This document shows positions 32,891-44,539 of a stretch of 64,000 nt of DNA, in pieces. Made by a program: the position numbers and the translations under genes. The DNA is taken from NCBI GenBank assembly GCA_963701095.1, contig OY969564.1, forward strand, positions 864,001-928,000, in the 5' to 3' direction. The notes beneath the pieces were generated by a model. That model saw only the letters and a list, made by a program, of their open reading frames with translations. It did no database searches and had not been told where the DNA came from. Each line of letters opens with the position of its first letter. Position 1 is the first letter of the stretch. The stretch comes from an uncultured Methanoregulaceae archaeon. Lineage in GTDB: Archaea > Halobacteriota > Methanomicrobia > Methanomicrobiales > Methanospirillaceae.

Positions 32891-33421
32891 ATGGATACCG
32901 ACGATATCCAGCTCCAGAATGAACAGCTGAAACAAGAGAATGAACGGCTGAAAACGGAACTCGAGGAAAAGACAAAACTATCCGAGGACCGACTGGAACG
33001 GTTGAGATACCTCCAGGCAGAGTTTGATAATTATCGCAAATGGCAGGAAAAGGAGAAAGGAGCGATCATCGCACTTGCAAACGAGAACCTGATCAAAGAC
33101 CTCCTCGTCGTTTTCGATGATCTCGAACGGGCACTGCCATCTCTTGGACAGGAAAAGAACAAAGCAGGCATCGAAATGATCTACAAGAATTTCAACAAAA
33201 TCCTTTGTGCCTATGGCTTGCAACCGATAGCCTGTCTGGGGAAAAAATTCGACCCGCATCTCCATGAGGTACTGTGCACCGAGAAGTGCGGGAAAGAGCA
33301 GAATACCGTTCTTGAGGAACTGGAAAAAGGGTATCAGCTGAAGTCCAAAGTGATCCGGCCTTCGAAAGTAAAGATAGCAGAACAGGTAAAAATGGAAGAA
33401 ACAGGTGAGAACAATGGCTAA
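32891..33421 (+). CDS. grpE: Nucleotide exchange factor GrpE
   Basis: [37 protein letters not shown]; start 32891 after GAGGAGGA. Confidence 0.95.
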   Translation: MDTDDIQLQNEQLKQENERLKTELEEKTKLSEDRLERLRYLQAEFDNYRKWQEKEKGAIIALANENLIKDLLVVFDDLERALPSLGQEKNKAGIEMIYKNFNKILCAYGLQPIACLGKKFDPHLHEVLCTEKCGKEQNTVLEELEKGYQLKSKVIRPSKVKIAEQVKMEETGENNG

Positions 33422-35297
33422 AGAGAAAATAATCGGCATTGACCTGGGAACATCGAACAGCGAAGCTGCAGTCATGGTCGGCGGGAAACCGACGATCGTT
33501 CCGTCAGCAGAAGGAGCGACCGTCGCCGGCAAGATGTTTCCCTCGTATGTAGCGTTTACGGCAGACGGCCAGCTGCTCGTCGGTGAGCCGGCACGGAGGC
33601 AGGCCGTGAGCAACCCTGAAGGAACAATCTCGGCGGCAAAACGCAAAATTGGTACAAACCATGTGTACAAAATTTACGGGAAAGAGTATACACCCCAGCA
33701 GATCTCGGCATTCATCCTGCAGAAGATAAAAAGAGATGCAGAAGCGTTCCTCGGAGAGAAGGTAACAAAGGCAGTCATTACCGTGCCTGCGTACTTCAAC
33801 GACAACCAGCGTACTGCAACAAAGGATGCAGGAAAAATTGCCGGTCTTGAAGTCGTCCGGCTTGTCAATGAGCCAACAGCGGCATCGATGGCCTACGGGC
33901 TTGACAAAGGCGGCGAATACAAGATCCTTGTCTTTGATCTCGGCGGCGGGACCCTGGATGTCACCATCATGGAGTTCGGTGGCGGTACGTTTACGGTCCT
34001 TTCAACGTCCGGGGATACCCAGCTGGGCGGGACGGACATGGACAATGCCATTTACGAATGGATTGCCGCCGAGTTCAAGAAACAGGAAGGGATCGATTTA
34101 CGCAACGACAAGATGGCGATCAACCGGGTAAAAGAAGCCGCTGAGAAAGCAAAGATCGAACTTTCGACAGTACTTGAAACCGAGATCAACCTTCCGTATG
34201 TCTCGGCAACCCAGTCGGGTCCCAAACACCTGTCGATGAAACTGTCCCGGGCAAAACTCGAACAGCTGGTTGAACCGATCATCCAGCGGTGTTCCAAACC
34301 GTTCGACCAGGCATTAAAAGATGCGAAACTCACCAAAGACGATATCCAGAAAGTGATCCTCGTCGGTGGACCCACCCGGATGCCGATTGTCCAGAAATTC
34401 ATCGAGAACCACGTGGGCGACAAGATGGTCCGGGGTATTGACCCGATGGAATGTGTCGCCATGGGTGCGGCCATCCAGGGCGGTATTCTCGGCGGCGAGA
34501 TCACGGACATGGTACTCCTTGACGTGACCCCGCTTACGTTAGGCCTCGAGACTCTCGGCGGCGTCAGGACTGCCCTGATCGACCGGAACACCACGATCCC
34601 GACGAAGAAGAGCCAGATCTTCTCAACTGCCGCGGATATGCAGCCGTCGGTGACCATCCATGTGCTCCAGGGAGAACGGGCGATGGCTGCCGACAACGTC
34701 AGCCTCGGCCAGTTTAACCTCGTCGGTATCCCGCCGGCGCCGCGGGGAATTCCGCAGATCGAGGTTACCTTCGATATCGACGCATCCGGTATCATCAACG
34801 TGTCGGCAAAAGACCTGGGTACCGGGAAAGAGCAGAAGATGACCATCACGGCGTCGACAAAACTCTCGGATGCCGACGTGAAAAAGATGGTGTCCGATGC
34901 CAAGGAATTCGAGGAGCAGGATAAAGCGCGAAAAGAAGAGATTGAGTCCCGCAATATCGCCGATTCTCTCGTCTACACCGCAGAGAAAACAAAAACCGAC
35001 CTTGCCGACAAACTGGATGCAGGTATGGTGGAGCGGTTAAACAGCGCAATAACTGCCGTGAAAGCCGCACTTGATGGAAAAGATATTGCTCAAATAAAGG
35101 CCGAGACGGAAAAACTCCAGAAGGCTTTAGGAGAAGCCGGAACGGCTGCATACCAGCATGTCAGCCAGCAGGCACAGCAGCAGGCAGGAGGACCGCAGGA
35201 AGCACCTCCGGGTGCAGGATCGGCCGGCACCACCACCGGTCCAAACGGTGAGCATGTTGTCGACGCCGATTTCAAAGTCAAGGATGACAATTCATAA
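33414..35297 (+). CDS. dnaK: Hsp70 chaperone DnaK
   Basis: [42 protein letters not shown]; lacks the ~23-aa insert, as in archaeal/Gram-positive DnaK. Confidence 0.98.
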   Translation: MAKEKIIGIDLGTSNSEAAVMVGGKPTIVPSAEGATVAGKMFPSYVAFTADGQLLVGEPARRQAVSNPEGTISAAKRKIGTNHVYKIYGKEYTPQQISAFILQKIKRDAEAFLGEKVTKAVITVPAYFNDNQRTATKDAGKIAGLEVVRLVNEPTAASMAYGLDKGGEYKILVFDLGGGTLDVTIMEFGGGTFTVLSTSGDTQLGGTDMDNAIYEWIAAEFKKQEGIDLRNDKMAINRVKEAAEKAKIELSTVLETEINLPYVSATQSGPKHLSMKLSRAKLEQLVEPIIQRCSKPFDQALKDAKLTKDDIQKVILVGGPTRMPIVQKFIENHVGDKMVRGIDPMECVAMGAAIQGGILGGEITDMVLLDVTPLTLGLETLGGVRTALIDRNTTIPTKKSQIFSTAADMQPSVTIHVLQGERAMAADNVSLGQFNLVGIPPAPRGIPQIEVTFDIDASGIINVSAKDLGTGKEQKMTITASTKLSDADVKKMVSDAKEFEEQDKARKEEIESRNIADSLVYTAEKTKTDLADKLDAGMVERLNSAITAVKAALDGKDIAQIKAETEKLQKALGEAGTAAYQHVSQQAQQQAGGPQEAPPGAGSAGTTTGPNGEHVVDADFKVKDDNS

Positions 35298-35314
35298 AAA
35301 TTTTTCAGACGACC

Positions 35315-36370
35315 ATGGCGAATCAGGATTATTATGAGGTACTTGGCGTAAAACGGGATGCTACAGCGGACGATCTCAAGAAAGCGTTCCGGCACCTTGC
35401 ACGGAAATACCATCCCGATCTCAACAAGGGGAGCAAGGAAGCGGAAGAAAAGTTCAAGGAAGTCAATGAAGCGTACCAGGTCCTCGGAGACCCCCAGAAA
35501 AAAGCTCAGTACGACCAGGTAGGTCACGTTGATTTCAAACCCGGGGATGCGGCAGGTTACCAACCCCCCAGTTACGACGACCTGTTCCGGGACTTCGGAC
35601 TTGGCGATATATTCGACGCGTACTCGATGGGGTCCCGGGGATCCAGAAGGCGGGCCGGTGCGGATCTCCGGTATGATCTTGATATTTCCCTCACCGATGC
35701 ATTCTACGGCTCGAAAAATACGGTTGCCGTCCCGCACCAGTCAGAATGTGGCACCTGTCACGGGACCGGCGCACAACCCGGGTTTCTCAAAGAATGTCCG
35801 ACCTGTCACGGAACGGGCGAAGTTCGGACACCGCAGAAAATCCGGAACCGTCAGGTAATAAGCCTCTCAACCTGTCCGGAATGCGTGGGAAGTGGCAGGA
35901 TTATTGAAAAACCCTGCCCTACCTGTCACGGCAGTGGCGTCCTCCAGAAAACCCGGAAGATTGAGGTAACGATCCCCCGGGGCGTTGAAGACGGCCAGCT
36001 CCTGAGAATTGCCGGGGAAGGTGAACCCGGGGAAAACCAGGGGCCGCCGGGTGACCTCTACGCGGTCGTCCACGTGAAAAAAGATGCGGTATTCGAACGA
36101 CTGGGCGCGGATCTCCGCACAACTGCGGTTGTCGGGTTACCGGTCGCTCTCCTGGGGGGAGAGATCAACGTGCCTACCATAACCGGAAGTGCCCTCCTGA
36201 AAATCCCCCGGGGGACACAAAGCAATACCCTCTTCCGGCTCCGCCAGCAGGGTATGCCTCTCCTCAATTCAGATAACCGGGGCGATCTCCTGGTAAAGGT
36301 CATAGTCCAGATACCTACAAACCTGACAAAAAAACAGGAGGACCTGATGAAAGAGGCGTTTGCGGGGTGA
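35315..36370 (+). CDS. dnaJ: Chaperone DnaJ
   Basis: J-domain with HPD, four CxxCxGxG repeats, GDLY/GDLL C-terminal domain. Confidence 0.95.
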   Translation: MANQDYYEVLGVKRDATADDLKKAFRHLARKYHPDLNKGSKEAEEKFKEVNEAYQVLGDPQKKAQYDQVGHVDFKPGDAAGYQPPSYDDLFRDFGLGDIFDAYSMGSRGSRRRAGADLRYDLDISLTDAFYGSKNTVAVPHQSECGTCHGTGAQPGFLKECPTCHGTGEVRTPQKIRNRQVISLSTCPECVGSGRIIEKPCPTCHGSGVLQKTRKIEVTIPRGVEDGQLLRIAGEGEPGENQGPPGDLYAVVHVKKDAVFERLGADLRTTAVVGLPVALLGGEINVPTITGSALLKIPRGTQSNTLFRLRQQGMPLLNSDNRGDLLVKVIVQIPTNLTKKQEDLMKEAFAG

Positions 36371-36476
36371 ACCGGATAAGACACCACCGGAATAGAAAAA
36401 CCGGTTAATTATTTATTATAGGAAAATGTGTTGTTACGCACAGGAAATGTGAACATCAGAAACGGACACCACGATC

Positions 36477-39068
36477 ATGAATTTCAATAATTTTACGATT
36501 AAATCACAGGAAGCCGTTGATAAGGCAACGGGAATTGCAACAGCGAAGCAGAACCAGGTAATAGAAACGGGACATCTGCTGAAGGGGATGCTCCTGGAAG
36601 ACGAGAATGTCGTGCCGTACCTCCTTAAAAAACTGAATGTAAACCTGGATAGTTTCACCCAGGAGCTCGACAAGATCATCGATGCGTATCCCAAAGTTAC
36701 CGGCGGGGATCATTATCTCTCCAATGATGCCACAAAAGCGCTGCAGAAAGCTATAGCACTTTCCCAGGAATTCAAGGATGAGTTTGTCTCTCTGGAACAC
36801 CTCCTCATGGGGATACTATCGGTAAACGATCGCACGTCACGGCTGCTGAAAGAAAACGGTGTATCGGAAAAAGATCTTAAAACAGCAATTACCCAGTTAC
36901 GGAAAGGTGCTACGGTGACAAGCCAGGATGCCGAAGAGACCTATAACGCCCTTGAAAAATATTCCCGGAACCTCAATGAACTTGCCCGCAGCGGCAAACT
37001 CGATCCGGTTATCGGCCGTGATGACGAGATCCGCCGGGTGCTGCAGATCCTTTCACGGAGAACGAAAAACAACCCCATCCTCATCGGGGAACCGGGTGTA
37101 GGAAAAACCGCAATAGCTGAAGGTCTCGCTCACCGGATCATTGACGGGGATGTCCCGGAAAACCTCAAGGACAAGCTGATTTTTGCCCTCGATATGGGTG
37201 CCCTGATTGCCGGGGCTAAATTCAAGGGGGAGTTCGAGGAACGGTTAAAAAGCGTTATCAAAGAAGTGGTATCCGCTGAAGGCGGGATCATCATGTTCAT
37301 CGATGAGATCCACACTCTTGTCGGTGCGGGTGCAAGCGAAGGCGCCATGGATGCCGCAAATATCCTAAAGCCGGCACTTTCCCGGGGAGAACTGCACGTC
37401 ATAGGCGCCACCACCCTCAAAGAATACCAGAAATACTTTGAAAAGGACAAAGCGCTCGAGCGACGGTTCCAGCCGGTAATGGTCAATGAACCGGACACCC
37501 TGGATGCCATTTCCATCCTTCGTGGGATCAAGGAAAAATACGAGACACATCACCATGTGCGGATCAAGGACGAGGCAATCATTGCTGCCGTTGAACTTTC
37601 GCAACGCTATATCAGCGACCGGTTCCTTCCCGACAAGGCTATCGACCTGATTGATGAAGCAGCATCAAAACTCCGTCTTGAGATCAACTCAAAGCCGGAA
37701 GAACTCGAAACGATTGAACGCAAACTCCGGCAGCTGGAAATCGAACGGGAAGCCATCAAACGGGAAAAAGACCAGGGGAAACTCAAGGGTCTCAATGAAG
37801 AGATCGGAAACCTGACCGAGGAACGAAACCGGGTACATGCGAAGTGGCAGTCGGAAAAAGAGCTCGTTGATCAGATAGACGCAAAGAAAAATGAGATTGA
37901 GAACCTGAAATTTGAGGCTGAAACTGCCGAACGCAACGGTGATCTCGGGAAGGTAGCAGAGATCCGGTATGGCCGTATTCCGGATACAGAAAAGATCATG
38001 GAGGGGCTCAAGAAAAAACTGACCGAACAGCAGAAGGACTCTGCCATGGTAAATGAAGAGGTGGATGCAGAAGAAATCGCCGAAGTGGTTTCCCGCTGGA
38101 CCGGTATTCCTGTGAGCCGGATGCTGCAGAGCGAGAAACAGAAACTGCTCAACCTCGAGACAGAACTCCATATGCGGGTGGTCGGCCAGGACGAAGCCAT
38201 TGAAGCAGTCTCTGACGCGATCCGACGGAGCCGTGCCGGGTTGCAGGATACAAAACGTCCCATCGGTTCCTTTATCTTCCTCGGGACAACCGGCGTAGGA
38301 AAGACGGAACTTGCAAAAGCGCTCGCAGAGTTCCTGTTCAACAACGAGAACAGCATGGTACGGATAGATATGTCGGAATACCAGGAACGGCATACCGTCT
38401 CAAGGCTCGTCGGAGCGCCTCCGGGGTATGTGGGATACGAGGAAAGCGGGCAGTTGACTGAAGCTGTCCGGAGAAAACCCTATTCCGTAGTTCTTCTCGA
38501 TGAGATCGAAAAAGCACATCCGGACGTGTTCAACATCCTCCTGCAGGTCCTCGACGATGGCCGGCTGACGGATAACAAGGGTCGGACCGTTGATTTCAAG
38601 AATACGATTATCATCATGACCTCAAACATCGGGTCGCACATCATCCAGGAGAACCTCGAAAAGGTCACTGACAAAAACCGGGATGAAGTGTATAACCGTA
38701 CGCGGGATGAGGTGTTCGATCTGCTCAAAAAGACCATGCGTCCTGAGTTCCTTAACCGGATCGATGAGATCATCATGTTCAAACCGCTGACAAAAGATGA
38801 GATCCACAAGGTTGTCGAACTACAAGTGGGTATTATCCAGAAGATGCTCGAAAAGAACGATATCCGGCTCAAGGCAACCAAAAAAGCCATCCAGTTCATC
38901 GCCACCCAGGGGTTTGACCCCCAGTTTGGCGCACGGCCGATAAAACGTATTATACAGAAGAACCTGTTAAACGAATTGTCAAAAATGATCCTCGAAGGAA
39001 AAGTAAACAAGGATAAGGAAATTGTCGTCGACGAAAAGGCGGGAAAACTCCTGTTTTCAAATGCCTGA
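36477..39068 (+). CDS. clpB: ATP-dependent disaggregase ClpB
   Basis: Clp N-domain, NBD1 GEPGVGKT, coiled-coil M-domain (AEIRYG), NBD2 [12 protein letters not shown] pore loop, GARP. Confidence 0.96.
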   Translation: MNFNNFTIKSQEAVDKATGIATAKQNQVIETGHLLKGMLLEDENVVPYLLKKLNVNLDSFTQELDKIIDAYPKVTGGDHYLSNDATKALQKAIALSQEFKDEFVSLEHLLMGILSVNDRTSRLLKENGVSEKDLKTAITQLRKGATVTSQDAEETYNALEKYSRNLNELARSGKLDPVIGRDDEIRRVLQILSRRTKNNPILIGEPGVGKTAIAEGLAHRIIDGDVPENLKDKLIFALDMGALIAGAKFKGEFEERLKSVIKEVVSAEGGIIMFIDEIHTLVGAGASEGAMDAANILKPALSRGELHVIGATTLKEYQKYFEKDKALERRFQPVMVNEPDTLDAISILRGIKEKYETHHHVRIKDEAIIAAVELSQRYISDRFLPDKAIDLIDEAASKLRLEINSKPEELETIERKLRQLEIEREAIKREKDQGKLKGLNEEIGNLTEERNRVHAKWQSEKELVDQIDAKKNEIENLKFEAETAERNGDLGKVAEIRYGRIPDTEKIMEGLKKKLTEQQKDSAMVNEEVDAEEIAEVVSRWTGIPVSRMLQSEKQKLLNLETELHMRVVGQDEAIEAVSDAIRRSRAGLQDTKRPIGSFIFLGTTGVGKTELAKALAEFLFNNENSMVRIDMSEYQERHTVSRLVGAPPGYVGYEESGQLTEAVRRKPYSVVLLDEIEKAHPDVFNILLQVLDDGRLTDNKGRTVDFKNTIIIMTSNIGSHIIQENLEKVTDKNRDEVYNRTRDEVFDLLKKTMRPEFLNRIDEIIMFKPLTKDEIHKVVELQVGIIQKMLEKNDIRLKATKKAIQFIATQGFDPQFGARPIKRIIQKNLLNELSKMILEGKVNKDKEIVVDEKAGKLLFSNA

Positions 39069-39110
39069 TCCGTAAAGAAATCAATTATCAGATTTTTCCC
39101 GTCAGTTCAG

Positions 39111-39140
39111 AAAAACGGGGAGAGAGATTTCCCCGGTTTT
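39111..39140. terminator. Hairpin between converging genes, possibly a bidirectional terminator
   Basis: AAAACGGGGA...TCCCCGGTTTT inverted repeat. Confidence 0.4.
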
Positions 39141-39196
39141 CCGTGTTCACGGGAATCGTCGTATGGATTCCGTTTCCGTGTTCTTGTTGAGCTTAC

Positions 39197-42100
39197 CTAG
39201 GGTAGTACGGCAACCGTCTGTGGTGCAGATGTATTGGTGGCCAGCCCGTTGGTAACCGACAGGACGACGTTGTAGTTCCCCGGTGTTGTGAAGGTGTGTG
39301 AGGGGTTCTCAAGATTGGATGACGCCGTCGGCATCCGCCAAACGTTAGCAAAACCTTCATTTGTATCCTTCTGTCCGGATAATATCACGACACTTCCATC
39401 CGGTAAAGAAACCATATCGTCACCATATCGTGCCTCCCACGGAGCAGCCGCTGTCATTTCCTTCCATGTTACACCTTCATTTGTCGACCGCCAGACATCA
39501 TTGAGGGCTGCGGCGGCAGGATAGCCACTAGCGAACACTATACTCCCGTCAGGTAACGGAACTGCGGGGAACCGGTCCCGAACCTGCCAACCGCCACTTC
39601 CATTAACTACTGTCCATGTTTTACCTTCATCCGTTGACCGGTATGTTCTGTTAGTTCTACCATGATTGGCTGAGTATCCACCCATTACGACAATATTGCC
39701 ATCTTGGAGAGCAACAGCAGCAGGAGCACTCAGACCCGTACCACCAAAAGCGGAAGCATTTATTTTCGTCCATGTGGCACCTTTATCCGTCGACTGCCAC
39801 ACATCGCCAAAATACACGCTCGAAGATGACCCCCCGAGGATAGTGATATTGCCGTCAGGTAACGCTACTGCAGCGGCATATTGCCGAGGTGCCCAGCCGG
39901 AACTCGCGTTCATCTCCGTCCACGTAGCGCCTTCATTTGTTGACCGCCACGTGTCGTTCAGAAAAGTCCCGGCGGTATAGTTAACATCGCCGCCCATTAT
40001 CACGATACTACCATCAGGTAGTGTAACGGTGGGGAATGCATATCGGGGAAGCCAGCCGGAACTCGGGTTTACAAGAGTCCACGTAGCGCCTTCATCCGTT
40101 GAATGCCATGTATCGTTTAGAGTCTCGTCCAGTACATTATCAAACCCACCCAGCATCACAATGCTCCCATCAGGTAATGCTGTCGCCGCGCTATAGTAAC
40201 TATCATTCCATCCAGGGCTAGCGGTCATTTCAGTCCAGTTTGAACCGACGGTCTGCCAGTTTCCATCACCGAAATACCACGCCCAACCAGTTGGTTGGCC
40301 GGTGGACGTGTCGGTGAACTGGACCGGTAACGGGGTTACACCGGACATCGGGGATCCAACGAAACTGGCTGCCAGCTTCGCTCGGACTACCGTGATTGTC
40401 TGGGATGCTGAAGTACTGTTGCCACCGGCATTAGTCGCCGTCAGGTTGACTGAATACGATCCCGCCGATGTGAAGGTATGCACCGGGCTCTCCTGAGTTG
40501 AAGTGGTACCATCTCCGAAGTTCCAAAGCCAAGAAGTTGGAGTGTTCGTTGAGGTATCCGTGAACTGGACGGTTAACGGGGTTGTACCAGAGGTGGGATT
40601 GGCCGTGAAACTCGCTACCGTTATTGGTGGGATGACCGTGATTGTCTGGGGGGTTGAGGAATATGTTCCACCGGGATTTCCTGCTGTTAATGTGACAGTA
40701 TAGGTGCCCACATGAGAATATGTATGAGATACGTTTTGGCTTGTTGAATAAGTGCCATCTCCAAAACTCCAGTTCCATGTTGTCGAAGAATCGCTCGAAG
40801 TACCTTCGGGATTTATTGCAAGACTACCCGTACCGGAGTTGGCATTCAATATGCCATTGGACTTTACTGCAAGCGTGGACATGCTGGAATCAGTATTCAA
40901 TGTGCCATTAAACTGAACTGTAAGCGGTGCGGTACCGGAATTCGTATTCGAAATGATGCTTGGATTTAGGATCTCCCAGATGTAAATCGTTTTAGGGATT
41001 GAATTCGCTCCCCCTGCATTCCAAACTGTTAAGTTGATGGTATATGTTCCGGAATTTGTATAGTCATGAAAATATGGGTTTTGTGATATAGATGTTGTAC
41101 CATCACCGAAATTCCACAGCCATAGGAATGGAGACCCACTCGATGCATCAGTAAATTCAATATTGGCGGGTTCTGCGTAATTTGTTGTCGGTAAATTAAA
41201 ATTAGCCACGGGAGGATTGACACGATTTGGATTGTTCATCAATGTGATATCCGTTGGCCATCGGTTAATTACGGAAAGGTTCTTGTAATCAGTAAAATTT
41301 TTAGAATTCTGCCAAATAGGGTTTACAAAACTCGACATCGGGGTTATCGAAAGAAGATTGTTTCCATCAGAATCTTCTAATATGAAATTTGAAACTGTCA
41401 CCGGGCCGGGCAAAAAATTTGAATTGGATTGGGCGAGAGGATTTTTGCCTTCCAATACAATTTGTGCATAAGCAGGCTGGTTCATCCATTCGGGGTCATA
41501 CTCCGGTTTTGTCAGAGATAATTCAGATATCATTCCTGTATTGGTATCATCCGCAAATCCGGTAACTACATTTCCTCGTACCTGAATATTCCCATAGATT
41601 AGATCATTCTTCGATATTTGGGATCCAATTGCTGTAGCAAAAATTTGATCCGGATTTGCTGTTCCAGTTGTTGAATTTGACCAAACATACCATGTTTGCA
41701 GATACCATTGAGGAGGATTAGTCACCACGGGCTTGTCATTTTCCGTTTCCCATTGGAGAACCGGTTGGATTAACGCGGTATTTACATCTCCACTGCAATA
41801 AAAGATGCCGTTCCAAATAGTAACCGGTACATCAAAACTTGGTTGTTGTGGTACATGCCAATCGGCTTGAAACGTATATCCGTCTGGTGATGACCCTATA
41901 AGACCTTCAGCTCCCTCAATCCATTGAGAGTTATAGGGAGTACCTTTACATACGACGCTGGATGTAGGGATATATCGCTCATTAGAATTTGCGTTAATAA
42001 TAGTAAGGATTCGTGTATTATTATTTACAATGGTAAGAGTGTCTCCTCCGTCGACGATAACAGATCCATTGGGGACTTCGTGAACAAACGTTGCCGGTGA

Positions 42101-42470
42101 ATCTCCATGAATTGTATGAACGATTTCAGCGCGTGTATCATCTGCCGCGAGTACCCTGATTCCCGTTCTGATCAAATACTGTGGTTACATTATTCGCATG
42201 ACGAATAATGGCGCCCAGAGGAATAGTTATTTCTTGGATATTTTGTGAAACGCCATTTGAAGCCTGGGCACTTTTTCCCGGGCTTAATTCATTGGTAACC
42301 ACTAAACTTTCCTTGGAATAGTTACCGTGAAGTTGTGGTAATGGAACTTCACTTATCGCTCTTGCTGAATCGACATTCGTTATCAATTCCCCATTTGCAA
42401 CTGGGACCAAAAATCCCAATATTATTGCAATACTGAGGATCATCACTACATTGAGTCTTCTAAAAACCAT
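39197..42470 (-). CDS. Large secreted protein: pro-like N-region, glutamic-peptidase(G1)-like domain, 3 PKD, and a PKD with inserted 6-bladed propeller (frameshift at about 42156)
   Basis: Signal peptide at 42470; junction DQNGNQ-VLAADD; W.W.FGDG PKD repeats; LPDGSIV..GG / STDEGATW repeats. Confidence 0.8.
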
Positions 42471-42476
42471 GAATAA

Positions 42477-43151
42477 TCACTCTTTTTTCCTGTAAAGGGG
42501 TCTAATAATCACGCTAGCTGCAATTACTGCGATTGGCATTGCCGTTGGTAAAGGTGATGACTGAGTCGTCGTCTGGGTCGTTTGAGCCGGGGAAGGATTT
42601 ATTGGAAGTGATGTCATGCTAGCATTCGTTCCAACCGATGTTAGTGTCGGGTTTGGTGCAGGGAGAACAGTTATAATCGCACCTGCAGCAAGACCTGGAA
42701 TCTCAACCGTTACTAAGTAGGGCGACCATTCGACAGGTAGCCCACTGATACCGATATCGGTAGCATTAACCGACCACAAGTTTATCCCGGATGGTGTCGA
42801 TACTATGGAAATATTAGTCAGGAAAAATGCAGGCTGTTCAGGACCTCTATATCCTGGACTATAAGAGTCCGGAAAAATTGTTGCAAAGAGGGAAGTATTC
42901 ACCGGCAGGTTCGTTGTCCCGTTAATGTTGAGCACATTTCCAATAGTATAGTTCCCGATGGGATCTATGGTAATGTAGGGTGCCGAAGATATGGCCGTCG
43001 TTGTTGAAGTCGGATTGGTAAGAGTATCGCCACCAGTTGAAGTTTGATCAGCTGAGACCGGTAAACAGACCAGTAAAATGATTGTTAAAACCATCAGCCA
43101 AAACGGGCTCCAATGTATACTGCGTTGTTTCCAAATCATGTGTTCGATCAC
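42477..43151 (-). CDS. Surface protein with 'ITIDPI...GTTNLP' domain, Thr-rich linker and C-terminal SPLP-TM-basic anchor
   Basis: Signal peptide (PVSA); APYITIDPIGNYTIGNVLNINGTTNLP; SSPLP + hydrophobic segment + RKKE. Confidence 0.8.
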   Translation of the reverse strand: MIEHMIWKQRSIHWSPFWLMVLTIILLVCLPVSADQTSTGGDTLTNPTSTTTAISSAPYITIDPIGNYTIGNVLNINGTTNLPVNTSLFATIFPDSYSPGYRGPEQPAFFLTNISIVSTPSGINLWSVNATDIGISGLPVEWSPYLVTVEIPGLAAGAIITVLPAPNPTLTSVGTNASMTSLPINPSPAQTTQTTTQSSPLPTAMPIAVIAASVIIRPLYRKKE

Positions 43152-43315
43152 ACCTTCTTCTTTAGGCAGGCATGATCAAAAAATCTTCATATAACAAGAA
43201 GCAAATGATTACATGCCTTCGGGCGGGACCGGTCTGTCATCCCTTCTGAAGTTGGCAGACCTTTCCTTAACATTTTAAAATTCCTTCTTTCTAATTAAAT
43301 CTTCTCAATTGTATA

Positions 43316-43332
43316 GTTTCAAAAAATGAAAC
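43316..43332. promoter_or_regulatory. Palindrome GTTTCA-N5-TGAAAC, copy 1
   Basis: Identical 17-mer at 44221-44237. Confidence 0.65.
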
Positions 43333-43560
43333 TTTCATGAAGTTATTTATACAAATAAGGAAAAATGTCTCTATAGAAAACCTCATTAATAAATTAAGCT
43401 AATAATCGCGAACATAATTTTAGAGATTTTTGTAAAGAAACAATTTTATTTTGAATTCTTTGATCTACGCTTGGAATTTCCTAGATTTCGGGGATTCTCG
43501 AAACTTTTTTTCAGGATGGGAAAACCCAAATATCAAAATAAGTCGAAAATCGAGAGATCT

Positions 43561-44028
43561 CTACTTTACAACAATTTTTAGATCAAACGGTAGCACGGAG
43601 GTTTTTCTTCCCGGAAATTGGAGATCAGCATGAATTGTCTGTAAACCACTTTCATTTATGGTGAAATTCCATCTATCTACACCTCTTCCCATTCCGGGCC
43701 TCGCTGTTGGACTCCCATTATCATCATACCAGATTGAGCTCTCATCAAGAATTTGAAGTCCGGGACTTGCTTTAATGGCCCAAACTCCACCAAGTCTTGA
43801 AAAGCCTGCAGTCAACTCGATTATGAACGAGCTATTCATTTCGGCACAGATCACGGCATTGTTCTGCGTTTCGTTAATTATCATAGTTTGTCCTGATACT
43901 AACGATTCTGAACATTTCACAGGGAACAGATCTATATTCGGAGTTCCATACCAAAGGCAGATGGCTAAGAGTATAAATATGAATACAACGCCCCCAATTA
44001 TTAGAAATTCTGATTTTTTTTCACTCAC
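43561..44028 (-). CDS. Membrane-anchored chagasin-like (I42) protease-inhibitor-fold protein
   Basis: F.IEL......G.VW....SPGLQIL.E, PGMG.GV..W.F.....G.Q.I.A, FDLKIVVK; the canonical NPTTGY loop is divergent. Confidence 0.6.
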   Translation of the reverse strand: MSEKKSEFLIIGGVVFIFILLAICLWYGTPNIDLFPVKCSESLVSGQTMIINETQNNAVICAEMNSSFIIELTAGFSRLGGVWAIKASPGLQILDESSIWYDDNGSPTARPGMGRGVDRWNFTINESGLQTIHADLQFPGRKTSVLPFDLKIVVK

Positions 44029-44220
44029 GATTACAAATCACCTATTTTTGTTTTTCGTTTTTATCGCTAGAACGTTGCAAATAGTACCCCAACACTAATT
44101 TTTCCATCCCGAAAACCCTATCCCACTCATATTTCACTAATTCCGGGGAGAGACAAAACTTATGCAAGACATATTTGTTTTTGATATATGAGTATTTTGA
44201 AATATATAGTTACGGTGAAT

Positions 44221-44237
44221 GTTTCAAAAAATGAAAC
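44221..44237. promoter_or_regulatory. Palindrome GTTTCA-N5-TGAAAC, copy 2
   Basis: Identical to 43316-43332; just upstream of a minus-strand TATA-like element. Confidence 0.65.
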
Positions 44238-44539
44238 TAGTATGGACCTATAGAAAATCAAGGAAAAAATTATAGTAACTCCTAAAAATATTATTGAATA
44301 AAATGGAGGTGTAACCAAATATTGTAATATCCCGAATTCATTTCACTCGGATGTTGCTCAGAACCACTCCTTTAAATGGGATTTAGGATTTGTGAAAATA
44401 ATTGATTTTCATTAAAAGGAAAACGTAAAATCACAATTTTGGAAAATCTCCGGTGTCACTATAAAAATTTATACAGAAATCGGCTCAACTCAAACTCAAA
44501 TCGTTGCCATTGATATAAAACTTAAATTTTTTATTATTT

